Source of the DNA: Octopus sinensis
Taxonomy: Eukaryota
Direction: 5' to 3'
Length of the DNA stretch: 64,000 bases
Assembly: GCF_006345805.1 (NCBI RefSeq)
Contig: NW_021832998.1
Location: 4,676-68,675 of the forward strand
The translations under genes and the position numbers were made by a program. This document shows positions 12,297 through 25,591 of this stretch, in pieces. Every line of letters begins with the position of its first letter. Position 1 is the stretch's first letter. The notes beneath the pieces were generated by a model that had not been told where the DNA came from, did no database searches, and worked only from the letters and a program-made list of their open reading frames with translations.

Positions 12297-12743
12297 GCAG
12301 AACCAAAACCCCGCCTTCCTTCTAGTGATGTGAAACAACTTGGCGAAACTTTTGCATCTTGGTTTTATAAATTGTTTAACTCAGGAACTGAATCTGGTTT
12401 GAAAGATTAGTTTTGGCCCCGATGTTCCTTACATTTACTGTTGATATCTGAAGGGATAGACGAAGAAAGGACAGAGGGTGCTGATCTGGTCGCATGTAGA
12501 CTAAAAAGATTAGTGAGCAAAGAGAACTTGCATTTCAATGCCAACATCACCGGTGGTGGTGTTACGAGTCAAGGTGAGAGTTTTGGTATTGTGTGTGTTC
12601 TGGTTCGCGGTACGGTTCACAAAGGGGATCATGTCTTGGGACTTTTCGAACAGAAGTTTGATTTGCTCAGGGATCCTTCGTCAGCAAACAACTGGAAGAT
12701 AGCGCATGTTTCACTAAAAGTTTGTGGCAAAGAGTGCCATTAG
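12297..12743 (+). CDS. C3orf38: C3orf38-like protein, copy 1, last coding exon (NTF2-like C-terminal domain) with internal in-frame TAG at 12408-12410
   Basis: Acceptor TTTTATTTCTAG ends at 12296, phase 0. Translation is AEPKPRLPSSDVKQLGETFASWFYKLFNSGTESGLKD*FWPRCSL...GTVHKGDHVLGLFEQKFDLLRDPSSANNWKI. This matches the C3orf38 motifs LGEEFCHWFF, HFW, GTVHRG..CLGIFEQIFGLIR.P...NTWKI. Confidence 0.85.
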
Positions 12744-12882
12744 ACAACCAAGTTTCTGAGATTCTTCTGGACATGTAGAAAAAACACCAAAAAACAAAAG
12801 CAAAAATCATTTTGTTTATGACTAAAATTGATATTATATGCAAGGAAATTATTCCATATTAAAATTATCCATTGAGACTTCT

Positions 12883-12888
12883 AATAAA
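12883..12888 (+). promoter_or_regulatory. Putative polyadenylation signal of C3orf38-like copy 1 (copy 2: 26171-26176)
   Basis: AATAAA ~140 nt after the terminal stop, conserved in both copies. Confidence 0.45.
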
Positions 12889-13668
12889 TGCTTCATTGAA
12901 CATCAAACTAAATGTTTTCTGCTTTTCACATTTTCTTCTATTTCATCATCATCTTCATCATCATCATCATCATCATTTAGGCATTTACTTTTCCATGCTT
13001 GGATGGGTGACACAGAATTTGTTGAAGCAGATCAAAAATCAATGGAAATTGCAGTTGTGATACCAGTGCTGGTGGCACGTAAAAGATCCATCCGAACGTG
13101 GCCGCTGCCAGCTCCGCCTTGACTGGCCTCCGTGCCGGTGGCACGTAAAAAGCACCAACCGATCATGGCCACTGCCAGCCTCCCCTGGCACGTAAAAAGC
13201 ACCCACTACACTCACGGAGTGGTTGGCGTTAGGAAGGGCATCCAGCTGTAGAAACACTGCCAGATCAGACTGGAGCCTGGTGGGTGCAGCCTCCCAGCTT
13301 CCCGACCCCGGTCGAACCGTCCAACCCGTGTTAGCATGGAAAATGGACGTTAAACGATGATGATGATGAGATACCTTTCCTGTTATTCACACTCACTCAC
13401 CTGTTTCCAATAGAGATAATTTTTCCTCATTTCCAGATATATTTTCATGTATGTTTTGGCATGCTTTTTACAACTGGATGTCCATGTGGCTGTCCCTCTC
13501 GACATGTAGCATAAAGTGAACTCTTTCTTTACCACAGTTCTACTCAATCAAAGGGACTTTTTCCTTGTCTTCCAAGTTACTTGGAAACTTCACCAGTGAT
13601 GGTACTATGAAAAAAAAAAAATAAAAAACAAGTATCCTGTACCTTCCGTAAAGTCGGAAAGAATATCC

Positions 13669-14340
13669 GGGGCTAATGCAGCTTTGCACCTCTCTTTGAA
13701 AAATACATTTTTTTGAAAAGTTTTTTTTGCAGATTCCTACGTTAGATGTTAGAGATTATGAATATGAAAAAAAAAAAAAAAAAATTCAACTCCCCTCCAA
13801 CCCCCACCCTGAAATTTAGAACTTTTTCGAAATATTTTTTCCGCTGTGTTTTAGATGATGGAGATTCCAGATATGCAAGAAACCAAGTTTTCTAAATTTT
13901 AAATTCAATATGCATATAGATAGGTGTATAAAGAGATAGACCTGAATGTCTTCCTGGGGCTAAAAACAACAGCAACACAGTCTTCTATAAGAGCGTCACC
14001 TTTAGTTGACAACCCACCTCTCCTTGAAAAATGCACTTTTAAAAAAAAAAAAATTTTCTGATTCTTACGTTTTAGATATTGTAGATTACAAACGAATATG
14101 CAAAAAAAGAAATTTTCAAAATTTTACCCCCACCTAAAAATTTTGATTTTGTTTACTTTAAAGAGATCATAGTGAACTGACTAACATATGCAAATCGTAA
14201 TTAAATCGAAATTAAATCCACACGAAAAAAATTTTTTTTTTGTATATTTGTAATCTCCGACATGTAAAACAGGAATCTGAAAAATATCTTTTCGAAAAAA
14301 ATGCATTTTTCGAGGAGAGGTGCGAAACTGCATTAGTCCC
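13669..14340. mobile_element. Long-TIR MITE (MULE/Merlin-like) with 8-bp TSD; duplicate at 26945-27590
   Basis: GAATATCC|GGGGCTAATGCAG ... CTGCATTAGTCCC|GAATATCC, with ~110-120-bp imperfect TIRs. Inserted in a SINE-D-like remnant. Confidence 0.85.
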
Positions 14341-14496
14341 GAATATCCAGCCACAGAAATCATACCAAAGCAGGCATTGGAGTGGGATGCTGTCCTCCAG
14401 CTCTTCTTTGGATCCTGTCAGACTGTTTCAACCCATCTAGCATAGAAGACAAACATTAAATGGTTATGATGATAATGACAACGACGACGATGATTC

Positions 14497-14528
<32 letters not shown>

Positions 14529-15481
14529 AGGCTTCATACAGTTTCTGTCTTCCAGATTGACTTAAATTACTCTTGGTTAATGCTGGAATACTGTTGGAGA
14601 CACTTGCTTAAAATACTGTGCAGTGGAACTGAACCTATTTCTTTACTGCCCACAAGGGGCTAAACACAGAGGAGACAAACAAGGACAGACAAACGGATTA
14701 AGTCGATTATATCGACCCCAGTGTGTAACTGGTACTTAATTTATCGACCCCGAAAGGATGAAAGGCAAAGTCGACCTCGGCAAAATTTGAACTCAGACAA
14801 AATAACGGCAGACAAAATACAGCTAAGCACTTCGTCCGGCGTGCTAACGATTCTGCCAGCTCACCACCTTTGTGGAACCGAACCTGAGACCATCTGGTTG
14901 AGAAGTTAATTTCTTAATAGCGTCGCCACGTCTAAACACCGAGAACAGGTGAATCCAAGCAAGATTGTGGATGGAACTAACTTTTCCCGACAGAGTCTCA
15001 TATTCTTTTATGCTTCTGTTCGTTTTATGCTTCTGTTCGTTTCAGTATCAAATCTGATACATATTCTATCAGTTTCTTTTTTGCCAAACTGCTAAGTCAT
15101 GGAAATGTAGAGAAACTCACGCTGGTTGAGTCAAAAATATATATATATATATATCAACCATTTTATGCTGCCACCGTCGTCATCATCATCATCATCATCA
15201 TTTTAATGTCTTCTTTTCCTTGCTTGCATGGATCAGACGGAATTTATTGAGGAAGATTTTCTAAGTCACATGTTGTTCCTGTCATCAACCTTCATTTATT
15301 TTCAAGCAAGGTAGTATTTCCCGACGGCCTGATATGTTTTTGTGGAGGCTGTGTGGTAAGAAGCTTGCTTCGAAACCACACGGTTCCGGGGTCAGTCCCA
15401 CTGCGTGGCACCTCGGGCAAGTGTCTTCTACTATAGCTGTGAGTGGATTTGGTAGACGAAAACTGAAAGAAGCCCGTCGTG

Positions 15482-15546
<65 letters not shown>

Positions 15547-18500
15547 AGAGTTTATGAGAAAAACAAAAGAAGACGAAGACAGGTGGTGTACAAAACAAAC
15601 ATATGTATTAGTATAACGCTCAGGAATAGAAAAAGTCTTTTACGTTTCAAGCCTATGCTCTTCTACAGAAAGGGACTCAGAAAAAAATGTGTAGTGGCCA
15701 CCGATCTATCACGGCGATTATATATATATGTATATATTTGTGTGTCTGTGTTTGTCTCCCACCATCGCGTGACAACCGACGTTGGTGTGTTTACATTCCC
15801 GTGGCTTAGCTGTTGGGCAAAAGAGACCGATAGAATAAGTACCAGGCTTACAAAGAATAAGTCGTGGGGTCGATTCCTTCGACTAAAAGGCGGTGCTCCA
15901 GCATGGCCGCAGTCAAATGACTGAAACAGGTAAAAGAAAAGCAAAAGAACAATGTATGAAGCCGAGACAGATGTACTAACATCACGTCATGCAACAAGCT
16001 TCTGCTGATAAATATCTAAGGGAAATAATTCAATATTAATATGCAATTAGTTATGTCCCTTACAAAATCCTTTTTCGATTTTCCGCTTATTCTTTCTAGT
16101 CGTGGCATCTCAATGCTCAAATGTACTTTATTTTATCGACCAGGAATGGACGAACGGTAAAGTCGATTCAGCGGAATTTGAACTTAGAAGATATAGAGAG
16201 CCAGAAGATATTCCAGCAAGGTGCCACTGCAAGGCACGTACCAGCTCGTCTTCCAACTTGTAATAATGGTTTCTGATATAGACACATACGCGACTGTTTT
16301 GAGGAGAGGGCAGGTGATATTAATCGATCTCAGTATTTGTCTGGTCCCATATTTTATCGATCAGGAAGGAACTAAATATAAATTCGATCTCGGCGGGATT
16401 TGAACTTAGAACGTTAAGAATCAGAACAAATACTGCAAAGTTACTGTTATCCAAAAGGCACGATTTCCACATGCATCTATTGTGTTATATTTACTTCTAA
16501 GACGAGCTGGCAGAAAGGTTAGCACGCCGGGCAAAATTCTTAGCGGTATTTCGTCTGTCTTTACGTTCTGAGTTCAAATTCCGCCGAGGTCGACTTTGCC
16601 TTTCATCCTTTCGGGGTCGATTAAATAAGTACCAGTTACGCACTGGGGTCGATGTAATCGACTTAATCCGTTTGTCTGTCCTTGTTTGTCCTCTCTGTGT
16701 TTAGCCACTTGTGGGTAGTAAAGAAATAGGTATTTATAAATAACTCCGCCATCTCGGCATCAACTTCAAACTTTTAATAATAATAATGGACAGAAGGCGG
16801 CGCGTTGGCAGAACCGTTAGCACGCCAGGCGAAATGCGTAGCCGTATATCGTCTGCCGTTACGTTCTGAGTTCAAATTCCGCCGAGGTCGACTTTGCCTT
16901 TCATCCTTCGGAGTGGATTAAATAAGTACCAGTTACGCACTGGGGTCGATATAATCGACTTAATCCGTTTGTCTGTCCTTGTTTCTCCCCTTTGTGTGCG
17001 CGTGACGGGCTTCTTTTAGTTTCCGTCTACCAAATCCCACTTTGGTCGGCCTGAGCCTGTAGTAGAAGATACTTGCTCAAGGTGCCACGCAAAGTGAAAC
17101 TGAACTCAGAATCAAGCATCTCACCACATCATCATCATCATTTAACGTCCGTTTTCCATGCTGGTATGGGTTGGATGGTTTGACTGAGGACTGGAAAACC
17201 AGGAGGCCGCACAAGGCTCCAATCTGATCTGGCAATGTTTCTACAGCTGGATGCCCTTCCTAACACCAACCATTCCGATATTGTAGTGGGTGCTTTTTAC
17301 GTGCCACCGACACAGGAGCTAGTCAGGCGGCACTAGCATCGGTCACGTTCGGATGGTACTTTTGACGTGTCACTGGCACAGGAGCAAGTCGGAGTGGGGT
17401 ACTGGCATCGACGACGTTCGGATGGTGCGTTTTACATGATAGCGGCACGGGGAGCCAGTCTCGCGGCACTGACAACGACCCACGCATGAATGGTGTTTAT
17501 TGCGTGTCACCAGCACGGGAGCCAGTCAGGCGGCACTGGCATCAGCTATACTTACAATTTCCATTTTTGATTTCGAAATTGTTTCAAACACAACACGAAG
17601 GAAGAAGAATTATATGGATGCAACGGCCAATCTGCAGTTTCGTTAATAAAGAGCAGCGAGCGAAACATTGCCATTATTAATTCGTGATCAGCAAAAAAAG
17701 CAGAATTAACTTTAAACAGAAACACCTGTTTACAATATTTTTTGTGTAGATACATAGTGAAAGGGCAAATTTACTGTTGTGTTCATCCGGAGATAGTCTC
17801 TCATATGCACTCGCTGTGTTAGTAAGCACAATATATATATATTTCTTTACTACCCACCAGGGGGCTAAACACAGAGAGGACAAACAAGGAGAGACAAAGG
17901 GACTAAGTCGATTACATCGACCCCAGTGCGCAACTGGTACTTAATTTATCGACCCCAATAGAATAAGTACTGGGCTTACAAAGAATAAGTCCCGAGGTCG
18001 ATTTGCTCGACTAAGGCGGTGCTCCAGCATGGTCGCAGTCAAATGACTGAAACAAGTAAAAAAAAAAAATATCTTTATATATAAAAGAGAGGTTGTGTGT
18101 CTGTCTCCTACGATTTAGTTTCCTAACTACTCCCACATTTTGCGGTGCAGTTTAACCAAATCCGGGTATCTTATAGTCGTGATTCATATCGAGCCCTTCT
18201 GGGTATTAGCGCGCGGCTACAATGGGTCTACGATTAAAAAAAAAAATTACCATCATTATTTCCCGTTTTAATCCATTTTTTCGCTATTATATAAGGGAAG
18301 TAACTCTTTAAAAATGTCTACGATGAGTCAACGATTTAAAAAAAAAATTACCATAATTTTTTTTCCATTTTTAATGCATTTTTTGCTACTTTTTGGCTAT
18401 AAATCTCTAAAAATGCTTATATAGTTATTTCCCTTAGAAACCCGAGCAACGCCGGGCGATACTGCACGTAAGCGAAAGCAGGATATTGCAGTCGCTCGTC

Positions 18501-20656
18501 TCTGTCTGTCTGTTCTCAAAATTACTGAAAAACGACAGAATGGATTTTCGTCAAATTTAGCAGAAATGCTCATTGGGTGAGTGGCTCGAATTCATTGTTT
18601 TGGCTTGAATATTTTCAAAATTGGCGGACAAGTGAATCAAAATGTTTTTTCCCCGACCTTTGTCAGAAATACATAAATGATAAGCAGGGGAAATAACTCT
18701 TGATGTAATTTTGTTGAAAAATGAATTCGGCTGAGAATATATTAAATGAAATGATATTTTATTTTGTCCTTGTGTGAGCGTCGGGTATGCATCGCCCCTC
18801 CAATGCCTTTTTGTTCGTTCCTTTTTATATCCCCTTGGAGCATTCAGGGAGGGTTAGTATCTTGTGGGTGGGGCTAGTCGCTAGTATGGACCCCATACTG
18901 TTGACACATCAAATAGCTGGAACAATCTCAGACAAGGACACTGCACGGGATGATGGGCATTTGCTGGAAGGACAGTGTGACGAATCAAGAAGTACTGAGT
19001 CAATGTTGCTGAAGGCTCAGTGACGCTGGACTGGCCATGTCATCAGAATGACTGACAACCGTGTCACCCAGGCAGCTGTTGTGTGTTGAGCTCATGCAGG
19101 GCTCATGCAAAATGAGGATGCCCTAAACCGAGGTACAAAGACACTTTGAAAAGTAACCTCAAATGGAGAAGCATTTTGAGCAGATGAACTTGAAGCCTCT
19201 GCTGTCGACAGATCAGTCTCTCATCTCATGAGCAGCAGCTGCCGTGGAGGCACAATGGCCCAATGGTTAGGGCAGCGGACTCGTGGTCGGAGGATCGCGG
19301 TTTCGATTCCCAGACCAGGCGTTGTGTGTGTTTATAGAGCGAAAATACGTAAACCTCCACGAGGCTCTGGAAGGGGGTGGTGGGGACCCCTGTTGTACTC
19401 TTTCGCCACAACTTTCTCTCACTCTTTCTTCCTGTTTATTGTCCCCGACTTCCTACGCAACCGCTGAGCCTGGATTCGCATTCATCCATCTGTCGATGCT
19501 CTCGGTGTCGGGGTTTGCGAGCTCTGGGACGAAGACCGTTCGCTCAACTGCAACAGCAGCAGCTGCCTTTGAAGAGGATCGGTAACAGAATCTTGATGCT
19601 GCAAGAAAAGGACATCACAGGGCAGTATCTGCCTCAATCAAGTCAACAGACTATTGCTGTGACATCCGTGGGCGCCAGTGTGCCTCCAGATTTGTACTGC
19701 AGGGTCATGTGCACTCTCATTGCTGACAACACAGATTTTGTCATCATCAGGCACTGATGGACTACCTATTATATGTATATGTGCGTATGTGTATATATAT
19801 ATATGTGTGTGTGTGTATATATATATATATCACCGTGACCGACCAGGCTATCAGATGTTGCTACACATCGCTGGTCACAATGCGCTTCGCATTGTTTTAG
19901 CCTTCAAATGACGCCACCCTGCTGGCTAAGCGAGCAGGCCAACAGAAGAAAGAGTGAGAGAAAGTTGTGGCGAAAGAGTACAGCAGGGATCGCCACCACC
20001 CCCTGCCGGAACCTCGTGGGGCTTTAGGTAGTTTCGCTCAATAAACACTCACAATGCCCGGTCTGGGAATCGAAACCGCGATCCTGCTGCCCTAACCACT
20101 GGGCCATTGCGCCTCCACACACACACACACATATATATATATATACATACATGCCTAACTGGTATTTATTTAATCGACCCCGAAAGGATGAAAGGCAAAG
20201 TCGACCTCGGCGGAATTTGAACTCAGAACGTAACGGCAGACGAAATACCTATTTCTTTTACTACCCACAAGGGGCTAAACATAGAGGGGACAAACAAGGA
20301 CAGACAAACGGATTCAGTCGATTACATCGACTCCAGTGCGTAACTGGTACTTATTTAATCGACCCCGAAAGGATGAAAGGCAAAGTCGACCTCGGCGGAA
20401 TTTGAACTCGGAACGTATTGGCAGACGAAATACCGCTCAGCATTTCGTCCGGTGCGCTAACGATTCTGCCAGTTCCTCCTGCCTTCGGCCCTTGATGTTT
20501 TCTCCAACCTAAACGATGTCACCTGGTGGCTAACGCAATCTTGCATCTCGAGTTACCCCCCCTTACCAACCAGCTTCTTGGAAGTATTTCCGGGTGTATT
20601 TGGTTTCACTTTGAAAATATTGTCTTTTCTCAGTTGAAGGAATTCAAAGACCAGCA

Positions 20657-20783
20657 ATGAGTTTCACAGAAGCGGAGAAGAAAGGTTGCCGTAATCTACT
20701 AAACCAATTGTATTACAAAGACATTCTGTCACTGGTAGATACAGTCACCAGGAGATTCATCGAAGATAAAAGAAGTCGAGAAG
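20657..20783 (+). CDS. C3orf38: C3orf38-like protein, copy 2, coding exon 1 (MSFTEAEKKGCRNLLNQLYYKDILSLVDTVTRRFIEDKRSRE)
   Basis: Paralogous to 5881-6004 with an open frame. Phase-1 donor AAG|GTAAAA at 20783 and a second in-phase donor at 20804. Confidence 0.85.
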
Positions 20784-21068
20784 GTAAAAGAAGAAGACAA
20801 AAAGGTAAAAGGAGGAGATTCTCTTTATTTACATTTTACTTCCCAAACTCTCAGACTTCGTCTTATCTTGTCTTATCGTCGGAGGATCAGAGACCCGGGG
20901 GAATTATGATAATAATAATAATAATAATTATTATTATTATTGCACTCTAAACGTTTTATTTATTGGAAGTTAAATTATATTTCCGGTTATAGAGTGGCGA
21001 ATGGGTTCGAATCCGTTGAGCGCTTAATCAGACTCCAATGACCGAGGGTTGTATATATATGTGTGTGC

Positions 21069-21138
<70 letters not shown>

Positions 21139-21158
21139 CAAGTCTGTTGTTGACTTGA

Positions 21159-21192
<34 letters not shown>

Positions 21193-23480
21193 AGTGAATG
21201 TGTGTGCTTGTTGCTTGTAAGGTATTGGCGAAAAACTACGTTATACAGAATTTGTTTATGTCATTTATGAAGCAGCCGTTTGGATGTTTGATAACATATT
21301 TCTTTCGTTATTTTAATCGCATCTGTCCACCTTTCTTTCGTTATTTTACCGCATTTTTTGCCCCCAACAAATTCCTATATAAACAAAACCTACATTGTCT
21401 GAAGCATAAGCGATATTTCGTTTTGGCATAGGCGAAGAAACAACGCCGATATGGGAATTCTTCGAAACTCCGCTCCCCTCTGTTCGGAAAACTTTTTCCC
21501 CAAACAAATTCCGATATAATCGGAATCTACACCGTATTAAGAATATATGTAGAGAATTTTATTAAAAAATATCCATTCTTCTGAAAGTTACGAGGAAATA
21601 AATTGCAGGGGGCACACTTGTGTAGGAATGCCTACAAAGTGCGTGGAGTTGCCGTCGGAGATTTGGCTGTTATTTCTAGCATGTGAAAGCCTGTTTAATG
21701 CGCAGAGTGTAAAACCCTGACGCATGTGCAATAAACGAAAGGGTTTAAAAACATCCGTACATTCGCGAGGGGCTACTGTGTTTTTTTTTGTTTTTTTTTT
21801 GTTGAAATAATGGAAATTAAAAATAAATTCTACTGTTTCGTTTTAACTCGCAAAGTTGTCAACGAACTGTTATCCGGATCCACTGTTTTGTTCTTCAATT
21901 TCCATGAAAATCTTTTATTTATTTACTTTCGTTTTAAAGTGAAAGAGAGGAAGGTGGGGTGGGGGTGGGGAAATTAAGTTTTGAAATAGAAAAATTTATT
22001 TACAAATTCGTAATCTCCGTAGCTGAAAATGTGGGTTTCTGTAAAAAAAAAACAAGTGGGGTGTGGCCAAGCGTGAATGCCTTACACTAACTGCTAGGCT
22101 ATGCATCCTATAATATATGGCATGGAATTTATGTGGAAAAATATATTGGTTTCAATTTTTCCATTGTATGTATCCACCAAATTTTCATTCCTGCCTCTGT
22201 ACATCATCATTATCATCATCGTTTAACGTCCGTTTCCCATGCTCGCACGCACGGGTTGGAATGTTCGACCGGGGGTCTGGTAAGCCATGGAGGCTGCACC
22301 AGGCTCCAGTCTGATTTGGCAGTGTTTCTACTACTGGATGCCCTTCCTAACGCCAACCACTCCGAGAGTGTAGTCATTTGCACATTAGACTTTTACGCCT
22401 TTACCATACAGCTTTACAGTCCTTACTCAAATACAAGAGCCTGCATATGGTCATTTAACCCACTAGATGTAACAGCTAAATCTCCCTCAAATTACATCCT
22501 ACTTTCTTGACAAAGTTTGACACATTGGATTATGTTGTCCCAGATATGCAGTAGTTAACCCTTTCGTTACCATATTTATTTGAGATGCTCTGCATTTCTT
22601 TCAATTGTTTTAAATATAACAAAAGAATTTAGTAAAATAACTTAGTTATCATTCAGCTAGTGTTAGGGACATAAATTGCGACTAAGGTTTGGTGGAAGAT
22701 TTTAATTCAAAACTTATGCAAACAAGACATTTGTACTACAGAACCAGAGCTGGTTTCAGCCGGGTTGGTAACAAAAGGGTTAAGCTAAGTTTAGGATGGT
22801 CATGATGAGCACTTTTGATTGTTATCTACTGAATTGAGTCTGGTATGAATCTAACCAACATTACTTACATGACCTTCACCCATGGACTCTGCTGCCAGTT
22901 GAGGCAAGTGAAATCAAGGTTGAAATCAAACTCTGGCATCCGTTGCTAGTGAAACGCTAAGAGTACCATTCGAGTGTGATCGTTACCGTGTCGTCTTACT
23001 AACACTTGTGCTAGTGGCATTTGAAACATTTGAGCAAAGGCGTCACCAGTGCCGCTGAACTGGTTCCTGTGCAGGTGGCACATAAAAAGCACCATTTGGG
23101 TGTGGCCGTTGCCAGTACCACCAAACTGGCCCCCGTGCCGGTGGCACGTAAAAGCACCCACTACACTCTCGGAGTGGTTGGCGTCAAGAAGGGCATCTAG
23201 CTATAGAAACTCTGCCAGATCAAGATGGGAGTCTGGTGCAGCCATCTGGTTCTCCAGACCTCAGTCAAATCGTCCAACCCGTGCTAGCATGGAGAGCGGA
23301 CATTAAATAATGATGATGATGATGATGATGATGATGAAACCCTTTGTTGTCTAAGATATAACAATTTCAGGTTCCTTTCTACGTCTCACTGGAAAGGAAG
23401 AAAATAATATAAATGAATAACAGAACAATTTTTCTGTAATTAACGCAAATGTGATTTATTTATTTTTGTTTCCATTGCAG

Positions 23481-23704
23481 AAGCTATTGATGCCATCCTC
23501 TCGTTTTCTATGTCAGCGAGTGAACTTTTGAGCCGACAGAAAATCACACGAGATTACCTGAAGAAGTATCTTTTCAGTCAAAAAGTTTCAGTGTCTGGTA
23601 GTTCAACAAAACAGGATTTAATTTCTCGAATTTTAGAATATTGGTCTGGAGAAAGGATTTCTTATCCTGCAGTCCAATCCCCACCCAGGGAGCAAACCCA
23701 TTTG
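23481..23704 (+). CDS. C3orf38: C3orf38-like protein, copy 2, coding exon 2
   Basis: Acceptor ends at 23480; donor TTG|GTAATT at 23704. Six substitutions versus copy 1, frame intact. Confidence 0.87.
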
Positions 23705-24720
23705 GTAATTTTCTGACCTTTTCTTTTTTAAACTTTTCTCTAACTTTGGATGAAGATCAGCAATTTTCAGGAGAGGGCTAAGTCAATTACATTAACCCCA
23801 GTGCTCCATTGGTAATTATTTTATTGACCTTGTGAGGCAAAGTTAGCCTCAGTGGCTTAGCATTTTGTCTGGTACATTGACAGTTCCATCAGCTCTCTAT
23901 CTTCCTTCTTCATTAAATGATTGACTGTCAGCTACCTAATCAAGACATCCTACCTCCTAAACTCTACGAGATACTTCAATTCATCAAACTATTTATGAGT
24001 TCCCCCAGAGTTTTGCAAGCTGTCCCTGGCACTAGATCCGTTTCACCCTTGATCCATCTAAGACAGCTAAGCACATGACTTTAATGTGTTTCTTTTACAT
24101 CCCATACACAACAAAACTACATAACAGCCCCAAACTTCCAGGTGCTCCACACACAGGTGTGATATTACCTGTACTAGTGAACAGCAATACCTAGAGGAAA
24201 GTCCTGACTGTCACCAACTGGATGGTATTTACCCAGTTTTAAAATACCTTCAAAACTGCCATCTGCAAAGCAAACATCTTGCAAATTCTTTCCTCTCCTG
24301 AAATTCATTTGGTCTTTTTGACCCAGAAACAGAAGATTATCCACCATCTTTGTAGAATTCTCCTATGCTTTTAATTTCCAATGAAGATGGCACTGTAAGC
24401 AGTGCTCACATTTGTGCTGGAAACATTTGCACTTGCTGTCACTTTTTTTTTACAGCTCTGTAATTCACACTCCTTGCAATTACTCATCGAAAACTTCCTC
24501 TTTTCAGTCAAATAGGTCAATATCATATGTGTTCAGCATTGTCCTACCTACAATATATAACTTTCTCAACTTGACTGGGTACACTGTGTCTCATTCTCAC
24601 TCTCTCTCTACATACATACATACATACAAACATACATGTGTACATACATACATATATAATACACACATGTGAGTCCACTGCCCTAACCACTGGGCCATTG
24701 CGCCTCCCTCCCATATATAA

Positions 24721-24754
<34 letters not shown>

Positions 24755-25330
24755 CATCATCATCATTTTAATGTCCGTTTATATGCTAGCATGGGTTGTG
24801 GACGGGTATATATATATATATATATAATATATATAATATATATATATATATATATAAAGGGAAAGTTTACGAAAATAAACAAAAGACGAAGGCAGGTGGA
24901 GTATAAACAAACAAATGTATTAGTATAGCGCTCAGGAATAGAAAATGCCTTTCCTAATGCCAACCATCCAGAGGGGACTAGCAATATATATATATATATG
25001 TATAACCGTGATCACCGTGACCGACCGGGCTATCAGATGTGCTACCCATCGCTGGTCACAATGCGCTTCGCATTGTTTTAGCTTCAAATGACGCCACCCC
25101 GCTGGCTAAGCGAGGAGGCCAACAGGAGAAAGTGTAGAGAAAGTTGCGGCGAAAGAGTACAGCAGAGATCGCCACCAACCCCTGTTGGAGCCTCGTGGAG
25201 CTTTTAGGTGTTTTCGCTCAATAAAACTCACAACATCCGGTCTGGGAATCGAAACTGCGATCCTACAACCGCGAGTCCGCTGCCCTAACCACTGGGCCAT
25301 TGCGCCTCCACACACACACACACACATATG

Positions 25331-25431
<101 letters not shown>

Positions 25432-25433
25432 TA

Positions 25434-25473
<40 letters not shown>

Positions 25474-25591
25474 ATCCTATATACTGACTCACTCTGACTA
25501 TATGCACTGTCTTATCCAGTCTATACACCCTGTATCTTATCCTCTTCTCTATATACGCTATTTGATATTCTCTTTTTGTTTTTATTTCTAG

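Larger units (their letters stand above)
1..14350 (+). repeat. Tandem segmental duplication, copy 1 (may begin upstream of the window)
   Basis: GAACCGAACCTGAGACCATCTGG at 5 recurs at 14875. Colinear, near-identical sequence continues to CCACAGAAAT at 14350/27610. Confidence 0.95.

Noticed and set aside
12408-12410. Selenocysteine or pyrrolysine recoding of the internal stop
   Set aside because: Sec uses UGA and pyrrolysine is not known in animals. Only editing, readthrough or a nonsense mutation remain plausible.
15334-15924. 196-aa ORF and recurring MRNWYL.../DPERMKGKVDLGGI peptides
   Set aside because: Chance reading frames through SINE families A and B.
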